Positions 34,020-45,946 of a stretch of DNA of 64,000 nt are shown here, piece after piece. The notes beneath the pieces were generated by a model. That model made no database searches. It worked only from the letters and a program-made list of their open reading frames with translations, and was not told the origin of the DNA. The position numbers and the translations under genes were made by a program. The DNA lies in the NCBI GenBank assembly GCA_040285825.1, contig JAUPSS010000001.1:1178001-1242000 (forward strand), read 5' to 3'. Source of the stretch: Eukaryota sp. TZLM1-RC. Its lineage: Eukaryota > Protista > Metamonada: BaSk clade. How positions within the stretch are numbered: the stretch's first letter is position 1; every line of letters starts with the position of its first letter.

Positions 34020-35690
34020 TGGTTAATAAATCCAAAAATCCAAAAGTATGCAATTGAATGTTGCAAACTCAATAAAACGTTTTTGTAAGTGTAAGAGTAT
34101 CGTTTTTGATACGCTTTACTTTTATTAAAAATTAAGAAGAAACTATTTGAACACTAAAATAACTACCAACATATCGATCTTTTCTGTTCTTTGGAAGTAC
34201 ATAATTCAAAGCACTGTGGCATTTAAAGTTATTCTTCAAAACAATACAACTAATTTCTGATGTTACCTCATTCCATCCAAATTGGTAAAAACGTATCTTT
34301 GTTTTAATGTCAACACCCCATGAACACTCAAAAGCGGAACACCACTTTGGTTAATTAAATTTAATTCTTTTAAATTGAATATTTCGAAATTTTATCAGAA
34401 AAAGCTTTCAAAAACGCATCACTCCAATTATTGAATTAATTTCCATCTATGGTAACATCAAAGGCAATTCTTATTGACGTTTGAAAGCCATCGACACGTC
34501 AGTACTTATCTAAACCAAATTTAAATTCCTTTTCAGATTCAACATTATTTAATTCGTTTATAAAATTATTTACTTCGCCATGTCTGTGAGTCACCATTCT
34601 TGAGACCTTTTACACTGAAAGGAGGGATCTAAGCCTTGGTCTTTATAATCACACAATGGACATATCACAAATTGTTCTCCTTGAAGCAATCTCAGATTTA
34701 TTAAGTGTTTAAATCAATTATCGGAGAACGTGAAATTTTGAGAAATGGGCAAAACTTTCAAAAAAACAAGATGACTGACGGTCACGATTGGAAATGAATT
34801 GTACTCGTTCACATTCTGATGGTTTTTCCTTCAAAAGATTCAATTTTTCCTTATACAATAAATCAGTGATTTGACATTGGCAAATCTTAACTTGTTTGTC
34901 CCAGATCAAGTCAAACTAGCAAAAAAAGGTAATAAAGCTGATAGTAAAACCCTATACTGATCACTTGGAATTAAATTTGTTAAATCAAGATCACGTACAG
35001 CCAAGTATACAGAAACTGAATAACGAATATGTGCAACTTGTCCCAAATAAAGAAACCCTAATCCTCCCAAAGAATGAGGCAAATAAATTAAATCAAAAGT
35101 ATTTATATAAACTGGGAATCAATTTATTTTGAACTTTTTGAATTATAGAAGAGGATTCAAATTCAGTAGAACCCAACCTCATGAAATCATCTTCAACTGA
35201 GAACACTTCGTTTTTTGTCAAGTTTAATTTCAAACCATTTTGCTTGAAAATTAGTTCTAATTTATTTAATGACAACTCAATATTCACTTTCTTTGGCAAA
35301 GAATATAAGTATCATCTAAATAACTTTTAAATTCGACACCCGCATAATTATTTAAAAATGAGAATACGTCAAGGGTATATAAAAAAATGAAATTGGATCA
35401 CCTTGCTTGACACCAGTGTTTGATGGAATAAGCTGATCATAAATAATTAAATGTGATTGTTTTCCATATAACCATTTAAAAAGTAAACTAAACAGGGAGA
35501 CGGATGGTAACAATACTGATAGAGATTCATCCAAAGTACCATTGGTCATATGATCTACCAAATACATTAGAATATCATTCTAATTCATCGTTAATAATTG
35601 AAGAAAAAAGAACCAAACGGAGACCAGACAGATCCGCTGCTGTACCTTTTTTGTAATTTTGAATTATTTTAATTAACAAAATTTTTTATT
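34020..35690 (-). mobile_element. Degenerate CRE-like element, family E (YLDD-type RT)
   Basis: SNTGVKQGDPIS, YLDD (TATTTAGATGAT at ~35310-35321), GLKLNLTK, GGLGF; downstream RHGEV and KY RLE remnants. Confidence 0.7.
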
Positions 35691-35724
35691 TCAATTTTTA
35701 AATCATTTCAGAAACAGCTTCTAT

Positions 35725-36065
35725 TCGTTTTTTTTATTTATCGCGATGATGTTTTACTTAGTACTAATGGTCATTTAAACAAGGCTGAAGATCGTAAAAG
35801 AGATAAATAAACTGGGATATTAAATGATTTAAAGAAGAATCTTTACTCAAAGTTTTCGTTTGTTCTCTTTGCCTTTTCGATTTTTGGCAACATTGGACAG
35901 TTCGCCTTGGATTTTATCAATGATTTTGGTAATTTGTGTTGTTTGAATGGTAAGAAGTTTGCAGGGAATTTATGGAAGAATCGTATCATTTTCGCTTTGT
36001 ACAGAAGCCCAAATAATTTTGTTTCTTATGTGCTTTAGTTTGATTTGATTTGATTCTGCGTAGAA
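35725..36065 (+). mobile_element. Family F 3' fragment
   Basis: Homologous to ~54500-54900. Confidence 0.8.
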
Positions 36066-36266
36066 AATGAATATTTTTGTTAAAATCACAGTAACAATTT
36101 CTCACAAAAGGAAATTTTTGCGAATAACATGCAAAATCAAGATCCACCAAAACCTAAAATGCCCAATCTTCAGAATCACCGTCATTGATCAAGCACCATG
36201 CAGTCAGACCCGGAAAGTGGGAAAGGAAATGCTGGCTCCCACTTTGGGGTCCCCTTTTGCCAGAAG

Positions 36267-36340
36267 TGCAGCAGATAGGATTCGAACCCTGTTGCCAAAG
36301 CAGAGAACGAAGAGCAAACCCACTGGACTACGATGTTGGC
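36267..36340 (-). other. tRNA-like sequence (pseudo-tRNA or tRNA-derived SINE head)
   Basis: Pol III A box TAGTCCAGTGG (36330-36320) and B box GGTTCGAATCC (36288-36278) at tRNA spacing; acceptor stem does not pair properly. Confidence 0.55.
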
Positions 36341-36450
36341 AAATGATATTGTTGATTTTTCTAGTTTATATTGGGTTTTGATTTGTATTGGTGTTGGACG
36401 ATTTTGTAGTTGGTTTTGTGTTGATGAAAAAAGTGATTGACATGTGTTTA

Positions 36451-38625
36451 TTAAACGATAATTTGAAGAGAAGGACGATTAGATGCTATTTGTCGAAGTA
36501 TGGATTTGGTTGGATTGATAATGTCGTTCCACCGAAGATCCAATATAGTCAGAGTGGAATTCCTCTCCAGAGCACGGGCGAGAGCACTAGCGCCTTCAGA
36601 GGTAATGTTGTTGTTCCTAAGAATCAATATAGTCAGAGAGGAATTCCTCTCCAGAGCACGGGCGAGAGCACTAGCGCCTTCATCGGTAATGTTGTTGTTC
36701 CCAAGACCCAATGTAGTCAGAGTGGAATTGCTCTCCAGAGCACGGGCGAGAGCAATAGCGCCTTCAGAGGTAATATTGTTGGACCCAAGATTCAATGTAG
36801 TCAGAGTGGAATTTCTCTCCAGAGCACGGGCGAGAGCACTAGCGCCTTCAGAGGTAAAGTTGTTGAGCTGAAGATACAATTTAGTCAGAGAGGAATTGCT
36901 CTCCAGAGCACGGGTAAGAGCACTAGCGCCTTCAGAGGTAATGTTGTTGGACCGAAGAACCAATTCAGTCAGAGTGCAATTGCTCTCCAATGCACGGGCG
37001 AGAGCACTAGCGCCTTCATCGGTAATGTTGTTGGTCCGAAGATCCAATGTAGTCAGAGTGAAATTGCTCTCCAATGCACGGGCGAGAGCACTAGCGCCTT
37101 CAGAGGTAATGTTGTTGGACCGAAGATCCAATTCAGTGATGGAACCATCAACCAAACCCTCAACACCCTTCTTCACCTTATCCCCCAATCCATTCCAATT
37201 TACATTCGACTTGATGTCTTCCAAAATTTCTTCCTTAGAAGGAGGATGATGATCATCGATATTGTTCAAAGGTTGATTACAATGGCACTTTCTCAACAAC
37301 GCTTCAAGGTCAGCAATTCTGCTTCCTAAATCAGAATTAGTTCTACTGAGTAGAGTATTTTGATTTTCCAATTCATCAATGGTAGATCTAAGGTTGGCAA
37401 TTTCGGCATTTTTCTGCGCAATAGTGGCATTGGAGGCTTGCTCCACAGCATTCTTTTCCTTTTCCAACCTGGCAATTCCAGCATCACGTTCCTCCAAAAT
37501 TCTGATGAGTTGTTGATTTATGGATTCAAGGTCGGTTATTTGTTTCTGAAGGGATTCAATTGAAGAGTTGGCTGGCTGCAGTTGGTATCTATCCAATTCT
37601 TCAATGTTTAATCTTGCATTTCGCACACCTTGAAGAACACTTTCAATTTTGGGACGGTTCTCAGCCTTAGGACTAACCATGCTTGCAATTAATGGCCTCC
37701 ATAATGTCGGTAGCTTATCCAAATTAATCAGTGCAGCACCATGGGAAGAAATTCGACTAACCTGTAGTTGAGCAGGATTCGTAACTACTTTTGAAGGATC
37801 TGTATTGGCTAAAATTCCCCAAAAGAGCACACCCAAAGAAAAGATGTCTACTTCAAAAGAAGCTCTACGTAATTCACCAAATAGAACTTCAGGAGCCATG
37901 TAGGCGACAGTTCCTAACATCATTTGTGTGAGGGTGACGTCACATGCCCTGGAGTCATCGAAATCGCCCAGTTTTGCAGATACAATAGCCTTGCCACGGA
38001 GTTTGAGTAACACATTTCCGGCAGAAACATCACGGTGAACAAAACCAGCTAGGTGAAAGCACGAAACAGCCTGGGATACTTCTTCGATAACGAGAAAAGC
38101 TTCCATTGGATTGAGGACTCGCTTTTGGTTAAAAAGATCTTGGAGTGAACATGAAAGACATTCTTGAACAATACCAGGGGGATCAAGAGTAACACCCAAA
38201 ACACTCACTACTTGAGTTGGGGAATTGAGCGTTCGATAAACTTGATAAACACGAGATACAACTTCACGGACAACTTCAACATCGTCTGCAGAAAAGTATG
38301 GTTGCTTCCAGATTACTTCTCTTTGATTCAGCTCCGCGGCGTGGATCGTGGCCCGAGGTGTCCGCTTTAGGATAGATAACTGTGCTAGATCAGCCGACTG
38401 GATAACATATGGCTTCAGCACATCCTGCATTAGATCTTCCAATTGATAGTTTCGTGTAACATCATGCAGAGACACTGCAGTTCTGCAGGAAGGACAGGTT
38501 TGATTCAAACCCAACCACTCCTCAATGCACGAAAGGCAAAAGGAATGGCCACACGGAAGAGCACGGGGCTCAAGGAGCAACCCTCTGTGTACCATACACA
38601 AGAAACTATCAGGATGATCAACCAT
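36451..38625 (-). CDS. RING finger - protein kinase - coiled coil - RI-type LRR protein
   Basis: RING (LPCGHSFCLSC...CPSCR); kinase VHRDVSAGN, AKLGDFD, GTVAYMAPE, DIFSLG; coiled coil; ~7-8 28-aa LRRs (LTTLDLRTNNITDEGASALARALESN). Intact 724 aa. Confidence 0.92.
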   Translation of the reverse strand: MVDHPDSFLCMVHRGLLLEPRALPCGHSFCLSCIEEWLGLNQTCPSCRTAVSLHDVTRNYQLEDLMQDVLKPYVIQSADLAQLSILKRTPRATIHAAELNQREVIWKQPYFSADDVEVVREVVSRVYQVYRTLNSPTQVVSVLGVTLDPPGIVQECLSCSLQDLFNQKRVLNPMEAFLVIEEVSQAVSCFHLAGFVHRDVSAGNVLLKLRGKAIVSAKLGDFDDSRACDVTLTQMMLGTVAYMAPEVLFGELRRASFEVDIFSLGVLFWGILANTDPSKVVTNPAQLQVSRISSHGAALINLDKLPTLWRPLIASMVSPKAENRPKIESVLQGVRNARLNIEELDRYQLQPANSSIESLQKQITDLESINQQLIRILEERDAGIARLEKEKNAVEQASNATIAQKNAEIANLRSTIDELENQNTLLSRTNSDLGSRIADLEALLRKCHCNQPLNNIDDHHPPSKEEILEDIKSNVNWNGLGDKVKKGVEGLVDGSITELDLRSNNITSEGASALARALESNFTLTTLDLRTNNITDEGASALARALESNCTLTELVLRSNNITSEGASALTRALESNSSLTKLYLQLNNFTSEGASALARALERNSTLTTLNLGSNNITSEGAIALARALESNSTLTTLGLGNNNITDEGASALARALERNSSLTILILRNNNITSEGASALARALERNSTLTILDLRWNDIINPTKSILRQIASNRPSLQIIV
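36500..37140. repeat. 84-bp coding tandem repeat (LRRs)
   Basis: CTCCAGAGCACGGGCGAGAGCACTAGCGCCTTC recurs every 84 bp. Confidence 0.9.
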
Positions 38626-38718
38626 GGCAGCGAGGAAAATGAAACAATTTGTTGGCTCTTCGCTTGTGATTGAAACCGAGATTCAAAACCACATCAAAAT
38701 CTTATTTTCCTTACAGAT

Positions 38719-39398
38719 TTTTTTTTCTCGTAAATTTTTTTATTAAATTAGCTAAATACTACGACAATTCAGAAATTCCTCATCCAACTACTCCACCACT
38801 AGTAGTCAATACTCCAAAAAGACACTGAACAACCAGCACACAACCAAAAAGTACATGATTGACATTACTAAGCGGCCGTCTGAGATGCTCCAAGAGCGTT
38901 TTAAAGGCGACAGCAAGCTTTTCATCACACATACGATAGTTAGAACCAGCAACAACATCCAATAAGAAGAGTGAGAATTTGATCTCAAGAACAACTAACC
39001 AACCCTTCAGTAAACAGATCACAAACTTTCTACTTCCATTACTAAGCGGCCGTCTAAGAAGCTCCAAGAGCGATTTAATGGCGACAGCAAGCTTTTCATG
39101 AGAAGAGAAATGCAAACATCTGCTGATGGTCAAGTCAAATTGTACAAAAAACAAAATGCTTGTGAGAAGGGAACTAATTTGTCTCCAAATTGATGTTTCG
39201 AAGGATGATGTTATCAGTGGAAGAACATTCAGTAGAGTCAACAAAGAAGGGGGAGACAACGCAGAGCAATATGGAATAATTGTTGAGAAAACAATAGGAG
39301 GGCCTGGACCGTGATAAGGGAGGTTTTCAACAATCATGATGGAGAGGAAGGAAGTTCGACGCGGAAGGCGGGGGGGGGGGAAGACAAAGTTGTTAAAG
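38719..39398 (-). mobile_element. Apparently full-length 680-bp ORF-bearing retroposon
   Basis: 12-bp TSD TTCCTTACAGAT (38707-38718 / 39399-39410); AATAAA plus short A tail on the minus strand; second copy at 7579-8114. Confidence 0.9.
38780..39337 (-). CDS. 185-aa hydrophobic orphan ORF carried by the retroposon
   Basis: ATG 39337 (MIVENLP...), ~60 nt from the element's 5' end; TGA ~35 nt before AATAAA; in-frame repeat EKLAVAxKxLLExLRRPLSN twice. The track's longer start is a GTG outside the TSD. Confidence 0.5.
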   Translation of the reverse strand: MIVENLPYHGPGPPIVFSTIIPYCSALSPPSLLTLLNVLPLITSSFETSIWRQISSLLTSILFFVQFDLTISRCLHFSSHEKLAVAIKSLLELLRRPLSNGSRKFVICLLKGWLVVLEIKFSLFLLDVVAGSNYRMCDEKLAVAFKTLLEHLRRPLSNVNHVLFGCVLVVQCLFGVLTTSGGVVG

Positions 39399-39469
39399 TT
39401 CCTTACAGATGGTGTCACTTTTTCCTGCTGTCACTGAAAGCACTTGTGCATAAATATGTTGGAATTAAT

Positions 39470-42400
39470 AAACATGGAATTGTTCAAAAGCAAGTTTTAT
39501 TTGCAAAAATGAATTTCATTGATCACCATTCCAATTCGTCCGCTTTCATCCTCAGAACACTGTGTGTCATCAGTTTCCCACATATATCGGAACATGGTGT
39601 TAACTTTTTTAAAAATCGTTCCAAATAGAAAACAAGGAATATCATCAAATACATCGATAGATTTATTGATTTCTATCAACTGGACTAGAGCAAGAAAGGC
39701 AAATGGTTAAGAATGATCCAGATCTTTGTTTGTTTCTGAATTGGAAAACATGAAAGAAGGACCAGTCAGCAAACTTGGGCAGTATAATGACAAACAGAAA
39801 GAACAAGATTTGAAACACCCATAATTTATAGATTCTGTTTTAGATTCTAAATTATTAATACTAACATTGAGCACCTTCAGAGCTTCGTTAATCCCCATGA
39901 TGGCTCTTATCAGGGTAGGTGACGCTGGTAGGATTAGATTAATGGCCATTTGATCTTGACCAAGAGAGACTGTCACGTGACCAGTGACGTCGGCTTGTTT
40001 CTCCATAGCAAGAGCGTGTTCAAGTTGAAGATGATATTGTTTCACGAGTTGCTTGGCCTTCTCGCTGCCTTTATGTTCTATGAGTTCAGCAAGACAAGAA
40101 GAATGTTTGACGGCCTAAGAGAGACGTGATAGAGCATGATGCATCACCTTGGTTGATTTTTGGCTAGCAGCTTCTTGCTTGAGATACATTGCGTGTGGCC
40201 AGGCACGTTCTGCTTCTAAAATTAGTTATCCATGCATTAGTTATGAATTAATTTAATTAAGTGTGCATGTTCAATAAATATAATTTATTAAAATGATGTT
40301 GATTTATTGAATTCTACAAGTAATAATTATTTGAGAGACCTTGAAAATGCTTTTGATTTTTTGCCTCCTGAATTCTGGGTAAATGCTTTTCCGATAATGT
40401 GCAGGAAAAACCACCTAGAACACTAGTTAATGTGAGGTATTGTGGAAGAAAATTACAGCGCAAATTAACACTAATTTGTGAAGGCTTGGATTTCAATGTT
40501 CGTCTTTGCTCGGCCAAAAAAAGATAATCCCGCTTTCGCAAATTTTTTATTAGATGCTCAAAATAGTTCCTCAGATCAGATAGAAGAAAGTGATGCGTGA
40601 TAATTTAACCAACTTTCACCTGTTTCAGTTGGACCGGGAATAGTTTCTGCTTCGAAAATAGAACCTAAAAAACTTGGCAAAGAAGAACAGACAGATCTTC
40701 AATTGGGGATGGAAATCTGGAAGAAATATCAAGAAAACCGCGAAACCAATGAAGCAAACTCTGTGAAGAAATAGACCAAGACGTCTGTACTACATCTGAA
40801 TCATTTCTTGGAAAAGCAGCATAAGCCGTAACACAACCATTGCCCATCTCATTCCTACAAATCTCCAACAGTGTTCGAGTCTTATCTAGAATGAGTATAG
40901 ATTAAAAACCTACCAACACCAGTGAAACCAATAAAGGGTACCACGTTTGAATGATACATGCTAAGCAGATCTTGGTTTCCTTGTAGTTCATGAATACAAT
41001 TGAGCAAGGAATGGTATGGAGACTTATCTTTGATGTATGGATAGTTGTAAAATGAATCGTTGGATATGGTGGCTGATGTTGATATTGGATCTGGTCTCTG
41101 TAGCATTATTTTACATCTAACGTCTGAACCACAGAGCAGAAGTAATTCAGAGTCATTTACAATTTCACCTCTTGGAGTTTCAGTTTACGAAAAGTACCGA
41201 GATACAATGTTTAATAGCTGTCTAAAAGATGAAGCAGTGGATGTGCCTGATGTTAGTGCAATCGCAAATCCAAAGTTTCTTAATGAGTTGATAGAGAAGC
41301 TCAAGTTGTTCAGGGGTAATATTTACGAGTTCAACAGGAGTGTCGGGCATTTCACAATTAGATAACGAAGTAGAAAACGAGAAAAAAGTGAAATGATTCA
41401 CAAACCTGATACTGAAAAGATATCTACTTGGCGTTTATTACAACAAAACAAGATCCCGTATCTGGCAAATGAAACAACCTTTTTGACAATGACAACCTTG
41501 AAGACAAACACAATATCCTAAACGTAGTCATGAGTGCAAATTTATCAATCGAAGGATTGGCATTTTGATTTGGACAACATTCCAAAATCTCATACAAACA
41601 TGTTATCAATTATAAAAGTTGACAAAATTACGTGAATTTTTTTAAGCCACAATTTCATTCCTTGCGTTCTGTTGCACGCTCTATCAACAACTCCGTTTCT
41701 CCAAAACTGTTCTCACCTTCTCAAATTGGAACGACCGCAAAGACAGCTGCCAATGACAATTATGGTTTGAATGACAGAAAAATGTTTAAAACACCTGCTT
41801 CTAACTCGCCAGTTAATGAATTAGAAATGATTGAAAAATGAAAACCAAAACCATTGGAAACTGGAAAAGTTCATTCACATAGATGTGGTAAATGTCCTCA
41901 ACCGGGACATAACGTTAAAACATGTCCCTTAATTAAACAAGAACAATCAAAAGCTCGTGCTCCATCTGCCGATTTGGATCTCCGTTGCCCATAAATGATA
42001 ACAAGATCAAGAACTTCCAGGAAAATTTCCTTCAACTTCATCCATCGATTCTCCGAATAATAGGTGTATTATTTTACGGCTATGGAAATTTTTCTTGCTG
42101 AAAGATAAAACATTAATGTCATCAGAAGCAAAATTGCGTCCTTCTATTATGAAAAAAGAAAAAATTGTTTGCAAGTTATCTTTAAAAGAATGCCATGGTT
42201 CCGCTAAGCAATGCCTGTTTTCAACTGAACTTGTTGAATGTGATGAAAATACTGCTCAACTTAATAAGCTCCATTCTTTTGAAGTTGTTAAATACCCTGA
42301 ACCTAATGGAAGCAGAATCCCCTACCTAATTTTTTTTACCAAAATTTTAATTTTATTTAAAACCTATAAATCAACATCTAAAAAATCCATCTCTCCCAAA

Positions 42401-42641
42401 AAAAAACACTAGATGCAACTCTCCCATAGTGAGATCCATGAGAGAGCAAAGTGTCAGAAACCATCTTCAACATCCCCTTAAAAATTGAAAACACAATTCT
42501 GTTGTGCCGAAACAATCTGTTGAAATTTCTGCCAGTTCTTCTCTTTACAATCATTTCAAAATCATCCAAAAAACGTAAAGCAGTTGGTGCCAGTGAACCA
42601 AAAAGGGAAAATGCAAATGGATACAAATTGTATTTTGCATG
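39470..42641. repeat. 3.2-kb mosaic segmental duplication, copy 2 (SRP68 fragment at ~39833-40220)
   Basis: Near-identical to 29994-33151; retains the 15 bp deleted in copy 1. Confidence 0.95.
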
Positions 42642-45600
42642 CTGTAGACTGGCCAATTTGGACAAAGGTTCATTGTATTTTTTGAGTTTGAAATTTTCAG
42701 CATTTGAAATTGAATTATGAATTTCAGAATTTACTAGCCTTTCATTTGAGGCATTACAAAAATCAACAGACATTACATCTTATAAAATGAAACTTCCATT
42801 TAAACCAGGTAATATGACATCAGCTCTATTATTCTTATGAAAATCATCTTCAGCATCAAACAGACTTGACAACAGAGGTTCCAAGAAAGATTCAATTCTA
42901 TGAAATTTACACATACAATATAACTGGTCTCTTGCAGCATCATGAACCTTGTTTCTGAAAGTAATAAAATGTTTACAATTTAACAAATGAGTAGTTGTAA
43001 TTTCTCGAGAACATTTACAAATAAAATTATGAGATAAATTATCAGGCCAGATAAAGGAACGAAATCTCATATTCAGAGTTCAAGCAGACTCGGTTAAGAG
43101 AGTACCATAAACTTGGGGAATTGTTGTTACTTAGGCAGAAGAAGTACTGTCACACATATCTTGTAAAAGATTTGCAAAAGCGGGATTCTTATTTGGCCAA
43201 GCCAGGTCTAACATCAAATTTCAAGCATTCAAAAATCTTTGACAATTTTTGTTGAAGCTTTTTACAGCAAAACTGTAAATTAAATAGAGATCGGTTTGGA
43301 ATTTCTTGAATTGATTGAGGAAAACATTTGGTCCAAATTTGTGGCGGCAATTTTCCAAGTTCACAAGATAACTCATACAAATAGGGACTACAATTGGGGA
43401 CTAACAGATGAGAATCATCAGGAAATCTACGAGAAAATTCATAAATAAAATTTTTGCCACCGCCCAAGAATGCTGATTGACACAAAATTGAAGATTTAGT
43501 AAATCCAATACCCCCCAAATTTGCTGAAGAAAATAAGTAACTTTTCAACATTCCTGGTTCTACATCCAATAAATCAGCAAAAAATTCTGTTCTCAATGAA
43601 TTGAATGAACGACAAAAATCTAATGCTATGGAAGGAGCACAAGATCTCAAAATGTGGATTATTCTCCCAGTGTAGCAAAGTTTAAGCATGAAAAATTTAA
43701 TTTGCTTTTCTATATCTAAAGAAGAAATTGAATCAAGTTCAATTTTCATTTTTTCCAAAATAACTTGCAATTCATTCTGAATTTGAGGCACGTTTCCTAA
43801 CCAACAACCAAGGAACTTAAAAGCATCACTACTATAATTAGTAAAAGGGATAATAAAAATCGTTTATCACGAGATCTTGAGCAGAAAAGCCAATCAGAAG
43901 GCATTTGCTCGCATTAAGATGAAGCCCAATATTTTCATATGAATCGGCAATTTCTTGAGCAACCAATTCTAGTAAATCAAATGAACCAATCAAGGATATA
44001 TCATCCATATAAGCAACTATTTTTAAAGATGGGTATTTTTGCTTAATGATATTTAAAGTTTTGTGAATAGCTAAACAAAACAATAATGGGCCTAAAGGAT
44101 CTCCCTGCTTCACTCCAGAAGATGATTCAAGAGCAAATGAATTAAAAACTAAATCTGATTCTTTCCCATAAAAATGGTAGAAAAAACTCGATAGCTCAGG
44201 AAAATCAGTTTCAATAACTTCAAAAATTGCTTCTCGTTTTACAGAATTAAAAGCATTGTTGAAGTCGAGATTAAAAATAAAATTATTTTCCTCTGCATTA
44301 AAAAAGGTATAAGAGGCAATAGCAGCAACAGAAGCACCATCAATTGTTTTGATTCCAAATTGATGAGGATTCAAAAATGTAGAAGCTTTGTCTTTGACAC
44401 GATCGAAGACAATTGATGCCAGCAAACGAGAAAGAGATTCACCAACAGCAATTGGGCGTATTCCATCAGGTTTGATTCCGTTTCCAGGCTTTACCAAAGC
44501 AATCAGACGTGCTGCGAGTAATTCAAATGGAGGATTAATTTTCAAAACAATTAATTGTTGAAAATAATGGGCTAGATCATCAGCAATTTCGGGAACACTG
44601 GAACACGCTATTTTTAAGAGATCAAAAGAAATTCCAGATGGGCCTGCAGCTTTCCCCTTTGGTAATTTTTGAATAGCTTTAAGAACTTCAATTGCAGTAA
44701 TAGGATTTTCAATCCAAAAAGGACACACATCAGGCTTGCTGCACTTGAAATTTTCTTGAGGATGCAACTTTTGAAGTTTTTCAAGGGTATCAGAGTTTAC
44801 ATCAGCCAAAGAAGAGGAAAACAAGGACTACTTTGCGGCACCATAACGACCACGTAAGCACAATTTTCGGCAAATTTTTGATTTTAAAATTTTTCTATTT
44901 CCAAATTTCTTCTTAATACAATTTTAATTTTTTCTAGCAAAATATTTCCAGAAGGATGAAATATTCCACTTATTATTTTTCAATTCAGAAGTAAGATTTT
45001 TCATTTCCATTGAGAAGGGGATTGTGCTGGCGGGACTTATTTCTACTGGGATCCGGATCGGGGGTCTTACGGTATCAACGGCGTTACAATTCGTACAAAA
45101 CAGAAGTTTTCGACCATTTCTTGAATCTGCAACATCTTTTTTGCAAAATGGACAACAAAAATTACTGTTTTCAGAAGGGGAAGAAGAGGGAACACTAGAA
45201 GCATTTAACTGTTGATCGTCAGAAACATTATTTTCAGCACTTTTCACAACGGCAACAGCTGGAACAGAACATTCGAAAATTTGTTGAGCAGATTTTAATT
45301 CAAATTCTCTTTTTGGTTTTTCAGGGCACGTTCTCGAATTGTGACCACTGATACCACAAATCGAACATTTTTTAGAACCTTTTAATGGCAGTGGTTTTAT
45401 TTTTTCAGTACTTTCTATTTTGTCAATTTGTGAGTTAAAAGTAGAAATAGACTTTTGACTTTTTGCAGTTTCAGCTGGAGAAAACAAATTTCGAGAAACG
45501 GAGTTGTTAATAGAACGCGCAACGGAACGTAAGGAACGTAATTTTGGTTTTTGTGTGTTTTTTCTGGTACAATGATCAGTTTTTGAATGAAAATTTTTTT

Positions 45601-45807
45601 GAGATGAATTTCGAGCATAGCTTGCATTGTGGGGAGAGTGGTTAAGTGAAAGAGATGAGCTTGTTCTGACTGGTAGAATCTTCGCTTGGGCGTTCCAATC
45701 AGTATCAGAGTCACTATCAGCCAAAGGCATCGTTTTGACAGAGAAACTTTACGACTTTGACGCCTTGACAGAAAGTGAAATATGAAAGGGTTGACTAAGG
45801 GAGGGAG
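42330..45807 (-). mobile_element. Probably full-length, inactivated CRE-like non-LTR retrotransposon, family A
   Basis: Single long broken ORF from ATG 45730: CCHC knuckle CSICGISGHNSRTCP, C4 motif CPFC...CTNC, KAAGPSG, IRPIAVGE, RT, zinc motif, RLE. Stops at 43189, ~43131 and 42780 recur in the copy at 63-64 kb, so they look like real mutations. No TSD found. Confidence 0.92.
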
Positions 45808-45829
45808 AAAAAAAAAGATCCAATGAATA

Positions 45830-45946
45830 ACAGAAGCTTTAGCTAGACAGCAAGCAGATCAAGATTTTGTAGATCAAATCGTGGTATAATGGTATTCGTC
45901 CCGTTAGTTATGAATTAATTTAATTGAGTGTACATGTTCAATAAAT
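45830..45946 (+). mobile_element. Family B 3' end remnant
   Basis: Matches ~25081-25195. Confidence 0.8.

Noticed and set aside
36500-37140. Regular repeats (also 11560-11945) as a CRISPR-like array
   Set aside because: Contiguous coding tandem repeats with no unique spacers and no cas genes; eukaryotic context.
36388-37329. Long plus-strand ORFs with repeats
   Set aside because: Antisense shadows of the 84-bp LRR repeat.
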